Source: the human T2T-CHM13v2.0 reference genome, Homo sapiens
Strand: one strand, 5' to 3'
Length of the DNA: 64,000 bases
NCBI RefSeq assembly: GCF_009914755.1
Contig: NC_060932.1
Shown in pieces: positions 14,111-27,090 of the stretch (the first letter of the stretch is position 1; every line of letters starts with the position of its first letter). Made by a program: the position numbers and the translations under genes. The notes beneath the pieces are model-generated. The model made no database searches. It saw nothing but the letters and a program-made list of their open reading frames with translations, and was not told the DNA's origin.

Positions 14111-14739
14111 TTATTGTTAGTATCATTGAATTTAATGTCATTTGTACAACAAAAAAAAATTAAAAATCAAGGTTATTGACACTTTTAGGTAATTAAATGC
14201 TGCAAAATATATAGCCAACTATTCTCCTTTTTGTATTCATTTTATTTCTAATAATTATCAGTAAATTATCAGATTGAGAGGAAACTCTAAAATATATATA
14301 GAACAAATAGCAATGATAAAATATTAGCAATGTAAGTCATTTCTTTCAACTGCAACCTCGTTGGGTTCTCTAGAAAGTAAGTATTTTAATCTCCCTTAGG
14401 AATGAAAGGAAAAAAAAAAACGTGCTAACATTCTCAACTATATAAGATTTGTGCCAAATTATTTAGAGAATCACTCTGGGTGTCCTGACACCTTTACATG
14501 TGATGCAGTAATAAAGCCTCCTCTTTCTACCCCATCAAAGGAGACCAGAAAATCAGCTCTAGAGAATTACTCTTTTCTCTTGCCCTGCTCTGAGTCATGT
14601 TCAGGGTGAGAACTGGTCCAGGCATACATTGTACTTCAGTGTCACCAAGACCAAAACATCTCTATCACAAGAATTCTGGGCTCCAATTTTTCTCAGGTTT
14701 TTTTTTTTTTTTTTGTCTCCATTGCTTTCCAATTTTGTT

Positions 14740-14880
14740 AGTCAATGTGATTATTGAATACCTAGTATGTTCCAAAGTCTGCACTAGGCCCTCAGGCAAA
14801 CATGAAAGCATAAGCCATAATTCCTGGTGTGGACAAGCTTAGAGCCTAAATAAAGGAGAAAAATGAGATAAATGACTGAA
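14740..14880 (-). mobile_element. L2 3' fragment
   Basis: TTATTGAATACCTAGTATGTTCCAAAGTCTGCACTAGGC...AAGCTTAGAGCCTA. Confidence 0.55.
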
Positions 14881-15022
14881 TGCACTGTCTTCAATGAACT
14901 ATTATCCCTTTGCATGGTAGAGAATCAGAAAAAAATATAGTGTTTAAAAATTTAGATTTTATGCTGTAGAAGGCAGATGGTGTTTTCTTTTAGTAATTCA
15001 AAACAAACTCAGAGAAAATATC

Positions 15023-15157
15023 TTGGGTGCTCCTAGTGTTCTGTTTCTTAGCCTGGGTATAGGTTTCCCAATTGTGTTCAGTTTGTGAAGAAATCATTGA
15101 GTTACACATTTATGTGTACTTTTCTCATAGTTATTATACTTTGATTAAAATTTTTAA
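15023..15157 (+). mobile_element. L1ME-type 3' end fragment
   Basis: GGGTGCT...TGTTCTGTTTCTT...CTGGGT...TGTGTTCAGTTTGTGAA...TCATTGAGTTACACATTTATGTGTACTTTTCT. Confidence 0.65.
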
Positions 15158-16328
15158 AGGTATAGATTTGTTTATCCTTTACAAAGAATAGGCACACGTT
15201 TTCCTTAGTCTCAACAAATACTTTAAAAATTGAATTATAATTTAAGTTTCTAAAAAGCAAAAAACTAAAAAGTCTTAACACTTTTTAAAAACATGAGAAG
15301 CATCATTATTTTTATAAATGAATTACCGTGCTGAATTTTCCATTATGCTTCTATTTGTAATATTTTAGTCTATTGAGATAGTATATTCTCATGGTCATCC
15401 TAGAGAGCCTTTACCACCAGAAAAGTCAGCACACAAATTGCTCAGAAATTTCCATTTGGTCCTATTATTTTTTGCACTGACCACCAACTTAATGATGTCT
15501 TAAGCAAGCAAGCAATTACATTCACTGTATCCTCCTGGTATTATACTGTGTTAACATTCTTCTTTTTTTCATGAAAAAAGAACTGCTATTTGTAGGTGTG
15601 ATTTACTTTTCTTAAATCCTCAGTTTCAGATGCTGAATATAAAATGTACTCAACTCATGGAAAAAAATATAGCACCAGGCAAAGCAGACACTTGAAATTG
15701 TTTTAAAATTAATTCCATAGATATTATATAATTTCCCCAATAAATATTCTACCAAACAATATAAAGGAAATAGTTCTAAATTTACTCCTTTCTGCAGCAT
15801 TTACCTGTTGGATGCATACCTCCTTGAGTTTTCCTTAGACTTCATGACACAAGGTTCATATCATCTCATACTCCTCCTAAACCCACGTTCTTGGCTCCTC
15901 TTTCTCTACCATTGACAGCAAATAAGATTCAATAACATGTACCAAATTCTTGAAAGTGCTTGTTTTTTTTTTTCTAGGATTTGACCCTAGAACTCTCTGC
16001 AGTCTGCCTCTACACATTCTCTCTCACAATAAATAGGCATGGCCTTAGTTTTAATACAATGACCCTTTGCCCTACTTTCTATGTCTAAGTGACAACCAGG
16101 AACCTCCATCTGCAGGTTCCAACCACTTCAAACTCAATACGTCCAAAACTCAACTGTATTCTCCCCAAATCTGTTTCTCCCCATCTTTACCTCACCTCAC
16201 TCTGCCCCCAGCCAATACTCTGGATTATCTTGTATTGGTTAATAATTGTCACTCTCCTGAATAACTTTCCAATACCCTCCTCACTATGCCTTTGTTGCAT
16301 AATTCCCTCTCTCCTATCTCTTGTCTCA

Positions 16329-16628
<300 letters not shown>

Positions 16629-16844
16629 CTTACCTCATTTTTGACATCCTTGAACCTTGTTCCCCTGCAGTTAGAGTGATCAAAAAGTATACATTATGAT
16701 GGGCTTAATACCATTCACTTATTCATTCACTCATTCCTTCATTCATTCATTCAACAAATATTCATTGAGTGACTACCTCATGTTAGGCCTTAGATATTCA
16801 GAGATGAACAGGACAGACTCTTCTCTGAAGAAACACTATCTTGA

Positions 16845-17207
<363 letters not shown>

Positions 17208-17684
17208 CAAGAATGGCTTTCTAACACATATATTGCATAGAAGAGAATTCAAATACCTTTCTATGTCATATAAATGTTCTTTGTAATCTGGCCTCTACAA
17301 ACCTCTCCTGCCTCATTTACTCCATTTCCCGACTGTAGGTCCTTCACTCCAGGCACCCAGAACTACATGTGGATGTCCAATGAGCCTTGCCCTTATGCCT
17401 CTGTGTTTTAATTCCCTCTGCATGATATGTCCTTCTCAACCTTGTCAACTCAGCAGACTGATTCTGGCTACTTCAGACAGTTGGTATTTGTCCTCTGTAC
17501 TCAACAACAGCCTGTGCAAATTTAACATTTATCACTCTATTTATTAATTACCAATCTTATTTTCATCTTTCCTACTAGAGAGTGAGGTGCATGAGAGCAG
17601 TGATTGAATCTCCTGTGCCCTTAGGGTTGAATGACCAACAATCGCATACTTGGGAATAAGAAAATGAATAAGAACTCAGCCCAG

Positions 17685-17915
17685 GTGGTCAGACAGACAG
17701 ATAGGAATCCAGGCTCCACCAAATAATAACTATGTAACTTTGAGAAGTTACTTGCCTTTTGTGTGTCTTGGTTTCCTCAGTTTTAATTCTCTGTTAAAAG
17801 GAATCACAATATTTACTTTAAAGTGTTCTGTGAGGACTCAAGATAAAGCAAATAAAGTGTTTAGTAGAGTGTCTGGCCCATAGTAAGTACTCAATAATTT
17901 TTAGCCATTATTATT
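17685..17915 (+). mobile_element. MIR SINE
   Basis: GAATCCAGGCTCCACC...AAGTTACTT...GTTTCCTCAG...GTGTCTGGCCCATAGTAAGTACTCAATAA. Confidence 0.85.
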
Positions 17916-18024
17916 ATTTCATTGTTTGAAAAGTGATGGTGGCATTATTGTTCCCTTTACCTTTTACAGTTGTGATCAGGTGGTAGGGAACACAGGATGG
18001 GAGAAAAAAGGAAGCATCATTTTT

Positions 18025-18180
18025 TAAGAAATGCACTCGGTATCTGTTGCACTCCTTGATATGTTATCTCATTTATCTCCCCAACAACTTGGGTGGAGTA
18101 AGAATTATTATCGCCAATTTATAAATTAGGAAACTGAAACTTAAAGAGCATAAACGACTCATTCAGGGGTACAAAGCTGC
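18025..18180 (-). mobile_element. MIR SINE fragment
   Basis: TTATCTCATTTATCTCCCCAACAAC...AATTAGGAAACTGAAACTTAAAGAG. Confidence 0.7.
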
Positions 18181-18549
18181 AGTTTGCCAGCGTAAGCATA
18201 ACAAAATACCATCAACTAGGTGGCTTAAACAACAGAAATTTATTTCTCACAGTTCTGGAGGATGGGAAGTTCAAGATAAAAGTGCAAATTGATTTTCTTC
18301 CTGGTGAGGGCTCTTTTCTTCCTGGCTTGCAGATGGCCACCTTCTCACTGTGACCTCACATGGCGGAGAGCGACAAAAAGAGCTCTCTCTTCCTCTTCTC
18401 GTAAAGCCACTGGTGCTATAGAAGTAGAGCCCCACTCTTATAACCTCATCTAAACTTAATTACCTCCTAAAATCATGTCTCCAAATACAGTCATATTGGG
18501 GGAGAGGGTCTCAACATATGAATTTGAGGAGCCCCAATCCAGTCCATAA
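18181..18549 (-). mobile_element. MaLR solo LTR (MLT1A/B-like)
   Basis: CATAACAAAATACC...GGTGGCTTAAACAACAGAAATTTATTTCTCACAGTTCTGGAGG...CTCCAAATACAGTCA...CAACATATGAATTT. Confidence 0.9.
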
Positions 18550-18762
18550 GATGCCTGTTCTTTGCCCTGAATCTCACTGCTATAGCCAAGGGATGAACCA
18601 ATATGAAGACTTCACTGCTGTAATCCATGAAATCAGTAACTTTGGATTCAATTTACTCAAAAGCTTGAGGCTTTTTAGCCATTCTCCCTTTATTCCATAC
18701 CCTATTATTAGAGTTTCTTGGTCATTCAAAACATAAAATAACTATTGGTAAAACAAAGATGG

Positions 18763-19120
18763 TGATATGGTTTGGCTGTGTCGCTACCCAAATATCAACC
18801 TGAATTGTATCTCCCAGAATTCCCATATGTTGTGGGAGGGACCCGGGGGAGGTAAATGAATCATGGGGGCCGGTCTTTCCCATGCTCTTCTCATAATAGT
18901 GAGTAAGTCTCACTAGATCTGATGGATTTATCAGGGGTTTCCGCTTTTGCTTCCTCCTCATTTTTTCTCTTCCCCCTGCCATTTAAGAAGTGCCTTTTGC
19001 CTCCCACCATGATTCTGAGGCCTCCCCAGCCATGTGGAACTGTAAATCCAATTAAACCTCTTTTTGTTCTCAGTTTCGGGTATGTCATTATACACAAAAG
19101 AATGAAAACAAAGTAATACA
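18763..19120 (+). mobile_element. MaLR solo LTR (THE1A-like)
   Basis: TGATATGGTTTGGCTGTGTC...GAGGCCTCCCCAGCCATGTGGAACTGT...TAATACA; 5-bp TSD GATGG/GATAG. Confidence 0.93.
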
Positions 19121-19944
19121 GATAGCTAAGCCATCTACTAGCCATTCAAAAGGAACATTCCTAAGGGACATGTAATTTAAAGTAGAAGAACTTCTGGGTC
19201 ATGAGTTTGAAAGTACCCAGCTCCTTGAGATGGGAGGTAAGAGTGGGACCTGTGGAGAAAGGCTCCAGGAACTAGAGTAATGGGCTCCAATATCGCCCAG
19301 AGTGATTATGTAGGAAAAAGTGATGAATCATCCTGGTGAGATGGTGCTGGTAGAAAGAAAGATTTGAAGGGATGGTTAAGTCAAAGAGAACCCACCGAAT
19401 GTACCAGTAGGTATAAATCCCGTGGCTATGACAGAAAAAGCAAGAGCTTATTCCTCACGCTAGATACTTGCTCTTCCTCCCCAACACCCACTGCCACCTA
19501 AGTTCCCTTGAATCCAACTCTGGCAACCTCAGCAGGGAGACCTCTAAACTGCACTCACATTAAAATACACAATTTATAAAATTAGATGATCACCCTTTGA
19601 TATTGAAGAGGAAAAAAAAATGTCAAATTGCCTAAGTACTTCTGAGGGAAGTGTAAAAGAAAAGAAGAGAATTTATCTGGTTGTCAGGAAGCCATAGCTG
19701 AATGGAGGTACTGGCAGATCAGGATAAGTCCAAAATATAGGTTGAAAGTAAAATGGTAAATGCTTTTTTTAAGACAAGGTTTGTAGTTACTTCATTTGTT
19801 TCTTTTCTTACAATGCAAGAAGGAAAAGTCCAACACCCTGAATCTCTCTACAAGGACTCTCAACCACCCAAGATTTTTGTAAGGATAAAAGAGTAAAGAA
19901 AAGAGGCACAATTCCCATCAATCATGGAATCAGCATATAAATTA

Positions 19945-20380
19945 CATAATATTTATATGATGGAATATTATATATCAATGAGAATGGACACATTAAAACT
20001 ATAAGTGGCAATATGGGTTTTTAAAGATCTCAGAAATGTTAGAAGGTTAGGTAATGTTAATAACCTCAGAAACAGAATTTTTATAGTCTCACAAACATAA
20101 TGTTGAGTGAAAAAAATGAGTATGTATTGTATGATTCCATTTATATAAGTTCAAAAACCAGACATGACTGATCTAGGTTGAAAGTCAAGAAAGTGGACAC
20201 CCATGCAGCGGCCTGAGGTCTGGATGGGGGTGGGGCTTGAAGTGCTGGTCAATGTTTTGCCTTTTGATCTGCCTTCTGCTTAGGTGGGTGTGTTATCTGA
20301 AAGACAATTCATTAAGCTGTACCCTTATGATCTGTGTACCATTCTGTATATTTCCACAAAAAGTTTTAAAAATTTAAAAA
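19945..20380 (+). mobile_element. L1ME 3' end fragment
   Basis: ATGGAATATTAT...CTCACAAACATAATGTTGAGTGAAAAAA...TGTATGATTCCATTTATATAAGTTCAAAAAC. Confidence 0.75.
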
Positions 20381-20384
20381 ACAT

Positions 20385-20945
20385 CACTTCTGGGTTTATA
20401 CCTAAAGAGGTTTCAAGGAGAGATTCCAGCAGATATTTGTATACTCATGTTATTGCGGCATTACTTACAAGAGCCAAAAAATGGAAACAACTAAAAGGTC
20501 TATGGACCACTGAATGGATATTTAAAATGTAGTATACACATACACTAGAATATTACTGAGCCGTACTAAGGAACCAAATTCTGATACATGCTACGTTATG
20601 GATGAACTTTGAAGATATCATGCTAAGTGAAATAAGCCAGACACAAAAAGACAAATATTGTGTGATTCCACTTATATGAGGTACCTAGAGTAGTCAAATT
20701 CATAGAGACGGAAAGTAAAGGAGCAGTTACCAGGGGCTGGGGGAAGAGGAAAATAAGGAGTTATGACTTAGTAATTATGGAGTTTCAGTTTGGGAAAACG
20801 AAAAAGTTCTGAAGATGGATAATAGTGATGTTTGCACAACAATGTGAATATGCCTAATACCACTGAATTGTACACCTAAAAATTGTTAAAATGGCAAATT
20901 TTATATTGTACATTCTACCATAATAAAAAAAATTTAAAAAACAAA
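20385..20945 (+). mobile_element. L1MB 3' end (L1MB3/4-like)
   Basis: ATGCTAAGTGAAATAAGCCAGACACAAAAAGACAAATATTG...GAGGTACCTAGAGTAGTCAAATTCATAGAGAC...A-rich tail. Confidence 0.9.
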
Positions 20946-21798
20946 ATAAGAATAGAAGCACATGTATTTTTCTTCTCTCTCATTGGGGGAATCCTGCACA
21001 TCTGACCCCAGGATCTTCCAGACAAACTTCCACATACTTCTCCCATCTTCTATTCAAGACCACTGTAGCACCCATTGCTAGGATTTTCTTCTGCTTTTGG
21101 TTATCTTTTTTACCTCCACGTTACATGTCAAAATTTTTCTGGCTGGCTTTATTTCACATTTAGGAGTAGAAGAGTATCTTTAAAAGAATCTATGTGCTTA
21201 ATTTGATCAGGAGATTTGAGTTATTGACCATCGTACATGAACATCTTAAAAACATTACATCATTCCCAGACCAATATTCTAAAATATACTTCTAGGAATG
21301 TAAACCTTGGTAATATGCAGCTAATTTATTGCTCCTCTGAGTAGAATACAATCCATTGAGTGAAAATGTCTACATTTATTTATACCTCATCTAACTGTAA
21401 ACAGACCTGTGACTAAAATCAAATGGCCAGTTCACAAAAGAATAATTTAGAAAAAATTAGACCATTTTAAGTCATTTTATTTTCAAGCAATACCAAAATA
21501 TCAAATTGACTCAGTTAACCATTTATTCTGGCTACATGATATTAAAAAGTTTGACTAAATTTTTCAGAGTTTATTAATATTTTCACTGAATTTCCAGATG
21601 TTCTGCTTTCCCATATTGGTGTCACTATATATCTTTATTTTCTCCTTACACTCTGATTTCTATGTATAGTTTATTGTTGGGAGATAGCTGCAGGGCAGGA
21701 CAGATATTAAAACTATATAGCATCTCATAAGATGTGAAGCTGAATATCTTTTTTTAGATTAGGTAACCTTTTCATAGCTTTGGGGGAAAACATGGATA

Positions 21799-21805
21799 GT
21801 ACTCA

Positions 21806-21837
<32 letters not shown>

Positions 21838-21951
21838 CGTGTGCGTGCACATGTGTGAGCTTGTGTGCATTGACAGATAATTATTTTATATTGAGAATAA
21901 GCAAAACTTTGTGTTGATCATTCCAAGAAAATCCTAGAAGATCTTGTTTTG
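21799..21951 (+). repeat. Dispersed direct duplication containing (TG)n(CG)n, copy A (pairs with 23445-23577)
   Basis: GTACTC-(TG)n-ACATGTGTGA...GACAGATAATT...GAGAATAAGCAAAACTTTGTGT...AGATCTTGTTTTG; 10 mismatches in ~103 unique bp. Confidence 0.92.
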
Positions 21952-21976
21952 TTTTCTTTTAAATCTATAGCTCTGC

Positions 21977-21980
<4 letters not shown>

Positions 21981-22015
<35 letters not shown>
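21981..22015. repeat. (TG)n microsatellite
   Basis: About 17 TG units. Confidence 0.95.
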
Positions 22016-22017
<2 letters not shown>

Positions 22018-22898
22018 CAACTCAACTCACATATAACTCAGAGGAATTAGTATAGAATACTGATTAAGAAGGCTGAAATTTTTACTCTGCTCTGACATTT
22101 TCTTAGTTTGCCTCAATTTTCTCATCTGTATTACAGAAATGAAAATCGCACCTTCTTCATGAAATATTTAACAAGAAAAGACGTATCAAAGTGACATACT
22201 CAATTAATGTTAGAACTCATACTAAGAACCAGAAATTTTTTCTGTAATTGTGAAATGACTCTCTACATCACTGACTTTGGGTCATTGGTCCTAATCAAAA
22301 TATCATGCAACTCACATCTGAACTTAGTTGTTGTTTTAAAGGAGTGACATTTTTAGGCATATTATAGCTTGTTCAGTGCAGAGCAAGGAGCATAGAATAT
22401 TTGGAACAGTTCAAGGAGGGACATACAGTTAGGGTGCAAGATGTGGTGAGAGGGGGAGGCAAAGACCAGAGCCAAAAATTTTGTTTTGTTCTCAACCTAG
22501 GCAGCAAAACTAGGTCTTTAGAAAAACATGACTCTTACAGTATTTGGCTAATACCACTACACTATCCTATTATTCAGTCAATTTTGAAATGATAGAACTT
22601 AAAATTTCTGATTAACTTGTAATGATGCAATAATTTACCATTCGCATTAACACGTGGTGAATCATACATACCTTTTTGTCCTTTGTTGTTGCTGGTGGCT
22701 CATTGACTCAACTACCATCACCAGGAGCTTTAGAGAAAAGTTTTTAGTTTTATCTTCGTATGGTCCGAATGAATGGCAGGAATGTGCTTCAGTTTAAGAG
22801 ACAAAACGTCTTTTTCCAAACTGAATTTTTATACTCCAGGTTTCTTCCTCAAGTCGACCTCCATATCCTTAGTTTATAACCCATAAAATTCCTACTCC

Positions 22899-23167
22899 GG
22901 CCGGGCGCCTTGGTTCACGCCTGTAATCCCAGCACTTTGGGAGGCCGAGGCAGGGGATCATGAGGTAAGGAAATCGAGACCATCCTGGCTAACATGGTGA
23001 AATCTCCGTCTATACTAAAAATACAAACAATTAGCTGGGCGTGGTGGCGGAGGGCTGAGGCGGGAAAATGGAGTGAACCCGGGAGGCGGAGCTTGCAGTG
23101 AGCCGAGATGGCGCCACTGCCCTCCAGCCTGGGCGACAGTGCGAGACTCCGTCAAAAAAAAAAAAAA
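22899..23167 (+). mobile_element. AluY with internal deletion in the right monomer
   Basis: GAGACCATCCTGGCTAAC and GGAGCTTGCAGTGAGCCGAG are Y diagnostics; lacks GCGCCTGTAGTCCCAGCTACTCG; TSD AAAATTCCTA(C/T)TCC. Confidence 0.95.
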
Positions 23168-23444
23168 TTCCTATTCCTCAGCTAAAACACTTTTCTAAAT
23201 GTCTCTGGCTACTTGGCTCTTTGCTCCTCCTATTTCCTAGATTAAAGAACTCTGGGATTCATAGGCAAATGTTGTCAGGTAAATGTATCTAACCTAGCTT
23301 GTCAGAATTCTGCTTGTTTTTCTAATGGTCTCCAGACAAGTAAGCAATATGTAGATGGCTTGACCCATTTCTCAGTGTCCTCAACCGTATTAAATTGTAT
23401 TATTTTCATGGAATAAATAGATTTATGTCCGACCTTTATGAATT

Positions 23445-23577
23445 GTACTCGTGTGTGTGTGTGTGTGTGTGTGTACATGTGTGAACTTGTGTTCGTTGAC
23501 AGATAATTCTTTTATATTGAGAATAAGCAAAACTTTGTGTCAATCATTGCAAGAAAATCCGACGAGATCTTGTTTTG
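23445..23577 (+). repeat. Dispersed direct duplication containing (TG)n, copy B
   Basis: Matches 21799-21951 at about 90% outside the microsatellite. Confidence 0.92.
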
Positions 23578-24439
23578 CCCAAAAGTCCTTAAAAATTCCA
23601 GAAAAGGTATCTTGTCCTTTATACTTTGCTTTAGAAACGTGTGTTATAGTCACAATTTTTCCATAATGGAATTTTATTTTTCAAATAGTTCAGATAATAA
23701 TAAAGAACTTGTTTTAAAGAAATATCCAAGTTTTCACCTCTGTATCTCTATCATCTGAGTGGGCACACTATTTTAGTGAGTCTACTTAGTTTTCTTGACT
23801 AACTACTTTTTGATGTTCAGGAAGAGTTTAAAGTACATAGGAATTATAAGCCCTTTATAGATTTGATCAAATGCACATATAAGACCATCTGAGCCTGTGT
23901 ATATGTGAGTGTGTCCATTTTGTGGAAAGGGACTGCTAGTAAGGTATATAAGTCTTTGACTGTTTTAGTCACTTTTTCAACATTTTTTCACAGTCATTTT
24001 TTACTTTTCAATAAAGCTTTATTTCTAATATTGAGTCAATTCTGGTAATTTATGCTTTTCAAGAAACAGATCATTTGCCTTTTTCTAGGAATCTATTTTA
24101 TTAAAAAATAAAAAATTATAAGAGATTATACAAATTTATAGTCGTTATTATAAAATATGAAACAATTCAAAAAGATAGAAATTATAGACAATAATTTAAA
24201 TTCATTCTGATTCCAGAGCCCATGCCTTTAACTACTGTCCTTCAATAAAAATCAAGGGAGTGGTATTCATAACATTAGCAGGAATACATAGATATTTGGG
24301 AAAGCTAGCTGCTAACACAAGTTGGGGAGCCATTTTGAAAATAAAAATGTCTAAATTAAAAATCCGTAATTCTTTTCAAACCTAAGCTTTATTTCTCCAT
24401 GGAAAATCCACTTCTGGAGCCAGGTAAAGAAAGGTATTA

Positions 24440-24880
24440 TGCAATGTTAAAATGGGATCAGTTTGTTCCAAATGCAGCTGAGAGATCAGAAAAACAAGGA
24501 CTGAAATATACCATTGAACCTGGCAAGGTGGGAGTCTGCGGTGATCTTGTCAAGAGTAGCATCCAAAGTAGAGGAAATGCAAGCCTGACCAGACAGTTTT
24601 GTGGGGAGAAGAGAAGGTAAGTGAAGACAAGTCCTGATAGATTTTGTTTTAAGACAAACAGAGAAGTGAAACTAGATGATAAGAGGAGATTTGGAGCAGG
24701 TTTCTTTTTCTTAGCTGAGTGCTGTTAGAACATGCTGCATTGTTGCAATTTTATAAAATCGGTGAGAAACTGATGAGACAGGGGAGAGAGGAGAGTCAGG
24801 CATGAGTACCAGAAACAGGGAGGAGCCGGTGCACAATTAAATTTTTAAAAAAACCATTAGCCTTTGAAGAAGGAGTATTT
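24440..24880 (-). mobile_element. L2 LINE fragment
   Basis: CAAATGCAGCTGAGAGATCAG...AGGACTGAAA...CCATTGAACCTGGCAAGGTGGGAG...GGTGATCTTGTCAAGAG. Confidence 0.7.
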
Positions 24881-24974
24881 CACCCATGTAATCAGAAAAC
24901 AGGATAAAAAAGGTCAAGTGGATAAATTTGGATAAAGTGGTATTTTTAATGGCTTATATTTTATCTAATTGTTT

Positions 24975-25500
24975 TACTGTTAATTTTTCACATCGAGGGT
25001 TTTAATTCATCTGGAGTTGTATTATGGTGCAAGTTAGGGGTCTAATGTTATATTTTTCCAGGTGGATGGTCACTTGTTTCAGCATCATTCTCTGGTGCTT
25101 AGCAATGCCACCTTTATCCTCCAGGAAGCTCTCTCATCTTTCAAGGCTTATTTCCGTGTTCTCTGTTCTGCTTTTCTCATCTATTTGTGGCAAATTGCAC
25201 TACAGTAATTAGTATAGCTTTATAGTAAGTCTTGACAACTGATCAAACAAAACATAGCTTATGATTCTTCTACCGCATTGTCTTAGTCATTATTTTTAAT
25301 CATCTAAGTAGTGCCTCTATGTTTTTCCATTCTTATTTCTAACATTATTTAATTATACATATTTTTCTTTGATGAGACTTGCCAGAGGATTTTCCAACTG
25401 CTTAGTTTTGCTTCTAGTTTTGACTTTTTTTTGTCTATTTAGTAAAAGTTTCCAGTTTTATGTAATGTCTACTTTTTACCTGTTTTGTTTCCTCTTTCAA
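24975..25500 (-). mobile_element. Old L1M ORF2 fragment
   Basis: TTTTCACAT...TTTAATTCATCTGGAGTT...CAGCATCATT...TATAGCTTTATAGTAAGTCTTGA. Confidence 0.6.
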
Positions 25501-25889
25501 AGTCTTTCCTTCTCAAAGGGAAATTTTAAAATCACATGAAATCAAATTATAAATGATGGAAAACCAAATTATAAAAGTGAACAGTATCCCATAATATTAA
25601 CTTTTTAAAAATCTCAAGTGTAAATTTTTTCAAAATTAGTAAGTCGACTTTGTCACATTGAATCATGTTAGCCAATTGGTCTGTGATCAGTCTATATGGA
25701 GGTGACCATATGATCTTAAAGAGCAACAAAACCAATCTTTCTCCAAAAATGTGTTCCCCAGGTACCAAAACTTGGCATTGCTCATTTCTATACAGACTAA
25801 CATCTAACTGTATTGGCCCTGGTAATCAAATACCAATAGTGGCTGGATCTTTCAGCAACAGCTCTCAACGTTAAGCATTCCATAACAAT

Positions 25890-26018
25890 GACTGAGGAAG
25901 CTGTTTCAATATGCAAATTTAGAAGGTCCGATGTGGGGGTCTAAGAATCTCAAATTTAAATAAGCATTCTAGTTTATTAAAATAGCCATTCTAGAACCTC
26001 TCTCTGAGAAATACTGCT
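25890..26018. mobile_element. MER5-like hAT fragment
   Basis: GGGGTCTAAGAATCTCAAATTTAAATAAGCATTC...CTGAGAAATACTG. Confidence 0.45.
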
Positions 26019-26228
26019 GTAGAAGAGGAAAGAAGAGACATTCATTTACCTGGAAGTGATCTCAGAGCTTGCTCCCTATTAGCACCACAGCACCTTACTT
26101 TCTGTTAGTTGATAATATAAGCAAGGAACAGGAATATCTCAGAGGGAGAAGGTATTGGGGTGATGGCACCAGGCAGGAAGTAGTTTTGAGGGTGCCAGGC
26201 TAAAGAAGAGTACCAGTTGAGTCTCAGG

Positions 26229-26433
26229 CAGCACTGTCCAATAGAACTTTCTGCAAAGATAAAAAACTTCATATGCACAGTCTCCAAGAGAGTACCCTAG
26301 TCACATGTAGCTACTGAATACATGAAATGTGGCTAATTCAACTGAGTAACTGAATTTTAAATTTTACTTAGTCATTTTAATTAAAATGTATATAACCCCA
26401 TGTGACCAGTGGTTATCATATTGGACAGCATAG
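26229..26433. mobile_element. MER3 hAT-Charlie MITE
   Basis: Inverted termini CAGCACTGTCCAATAG / TATTGGACAGCATAG; internal CACATGTAGCTACTGAATACATGAAATGTGGCTA. Confidence 0.88.
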
Positions 26434-26856
26434 GTCTGGAGCTTAGCCTAAGGCTGGGATAGAGATAGTGAAAAGAAACTTCGTGCTAAATTAAACAATT
26501 TCTAATTTACAATTTTGCCAAAGGTCAAAATATTTCTTTGTTATTAAGAATCATAGTATCAGATCTTGATATCATGCTAGCAGGGAGAGTTGTAAAATTG
26601 ATAAAATGTATTTTACTAATAGTTCCTCTATTATTCTGCCAGTCACATAAATTGCCTTCAGTACAGAAGTTATTGAGATGTATTGTCAGGAAATCTTGAT
26701 GACGGTTTGGCAAATGATAGACAGACAAAAAAAATTGGTAGTAAATATCCTTAGTACATGCTTCAAAGTCTTTCAAGCTAAATTTTCAGTGCACATTGAA
26801 AAATCTTTCGTGAGTTGAGAAAATTGAAAAAGATGTTTGACTGAGGAAACTTTATT

Positions 26857-27090
26857 AATAGTGGTGGCTAACACTTTCAAAACACTGACCACATGCCAAG
26901 GAGTAGACTAATGCTCTACGTGAATTATTTAATTTAACTTAGACAAAACCATGAGGAACACATTGCTATCAATCACATTTGGAGATGGAAGAATTGAAGA
27001 TCTGGGAAGTTCAGTAAACTGCCCAAAGCAGCACAGCCAGTCAAATGGAAACCATGATGGAAGCAAGGTCTATTTTCCCCCAGAGCACCA
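26857..27090 (-). mobile_element. MIR SINE
   Basis: GCTAACACTTT...CCACATGCCA...AGATGGAAGAATTGAAGATCTGGGAAGTTCAGTAAACTGCCCAAAG. Confidence 0.7.

Noticed and set aside
18181-19120. Adjacent LTR pairs (MLT1 + THE1 here; THE1 + MLT1 at 50364-51425) as possible proviruses
   Set aside because: Different families in opposite orientations, the THE1 copies have their own TSDs, and there is no internal sequence; independent solo LTRs
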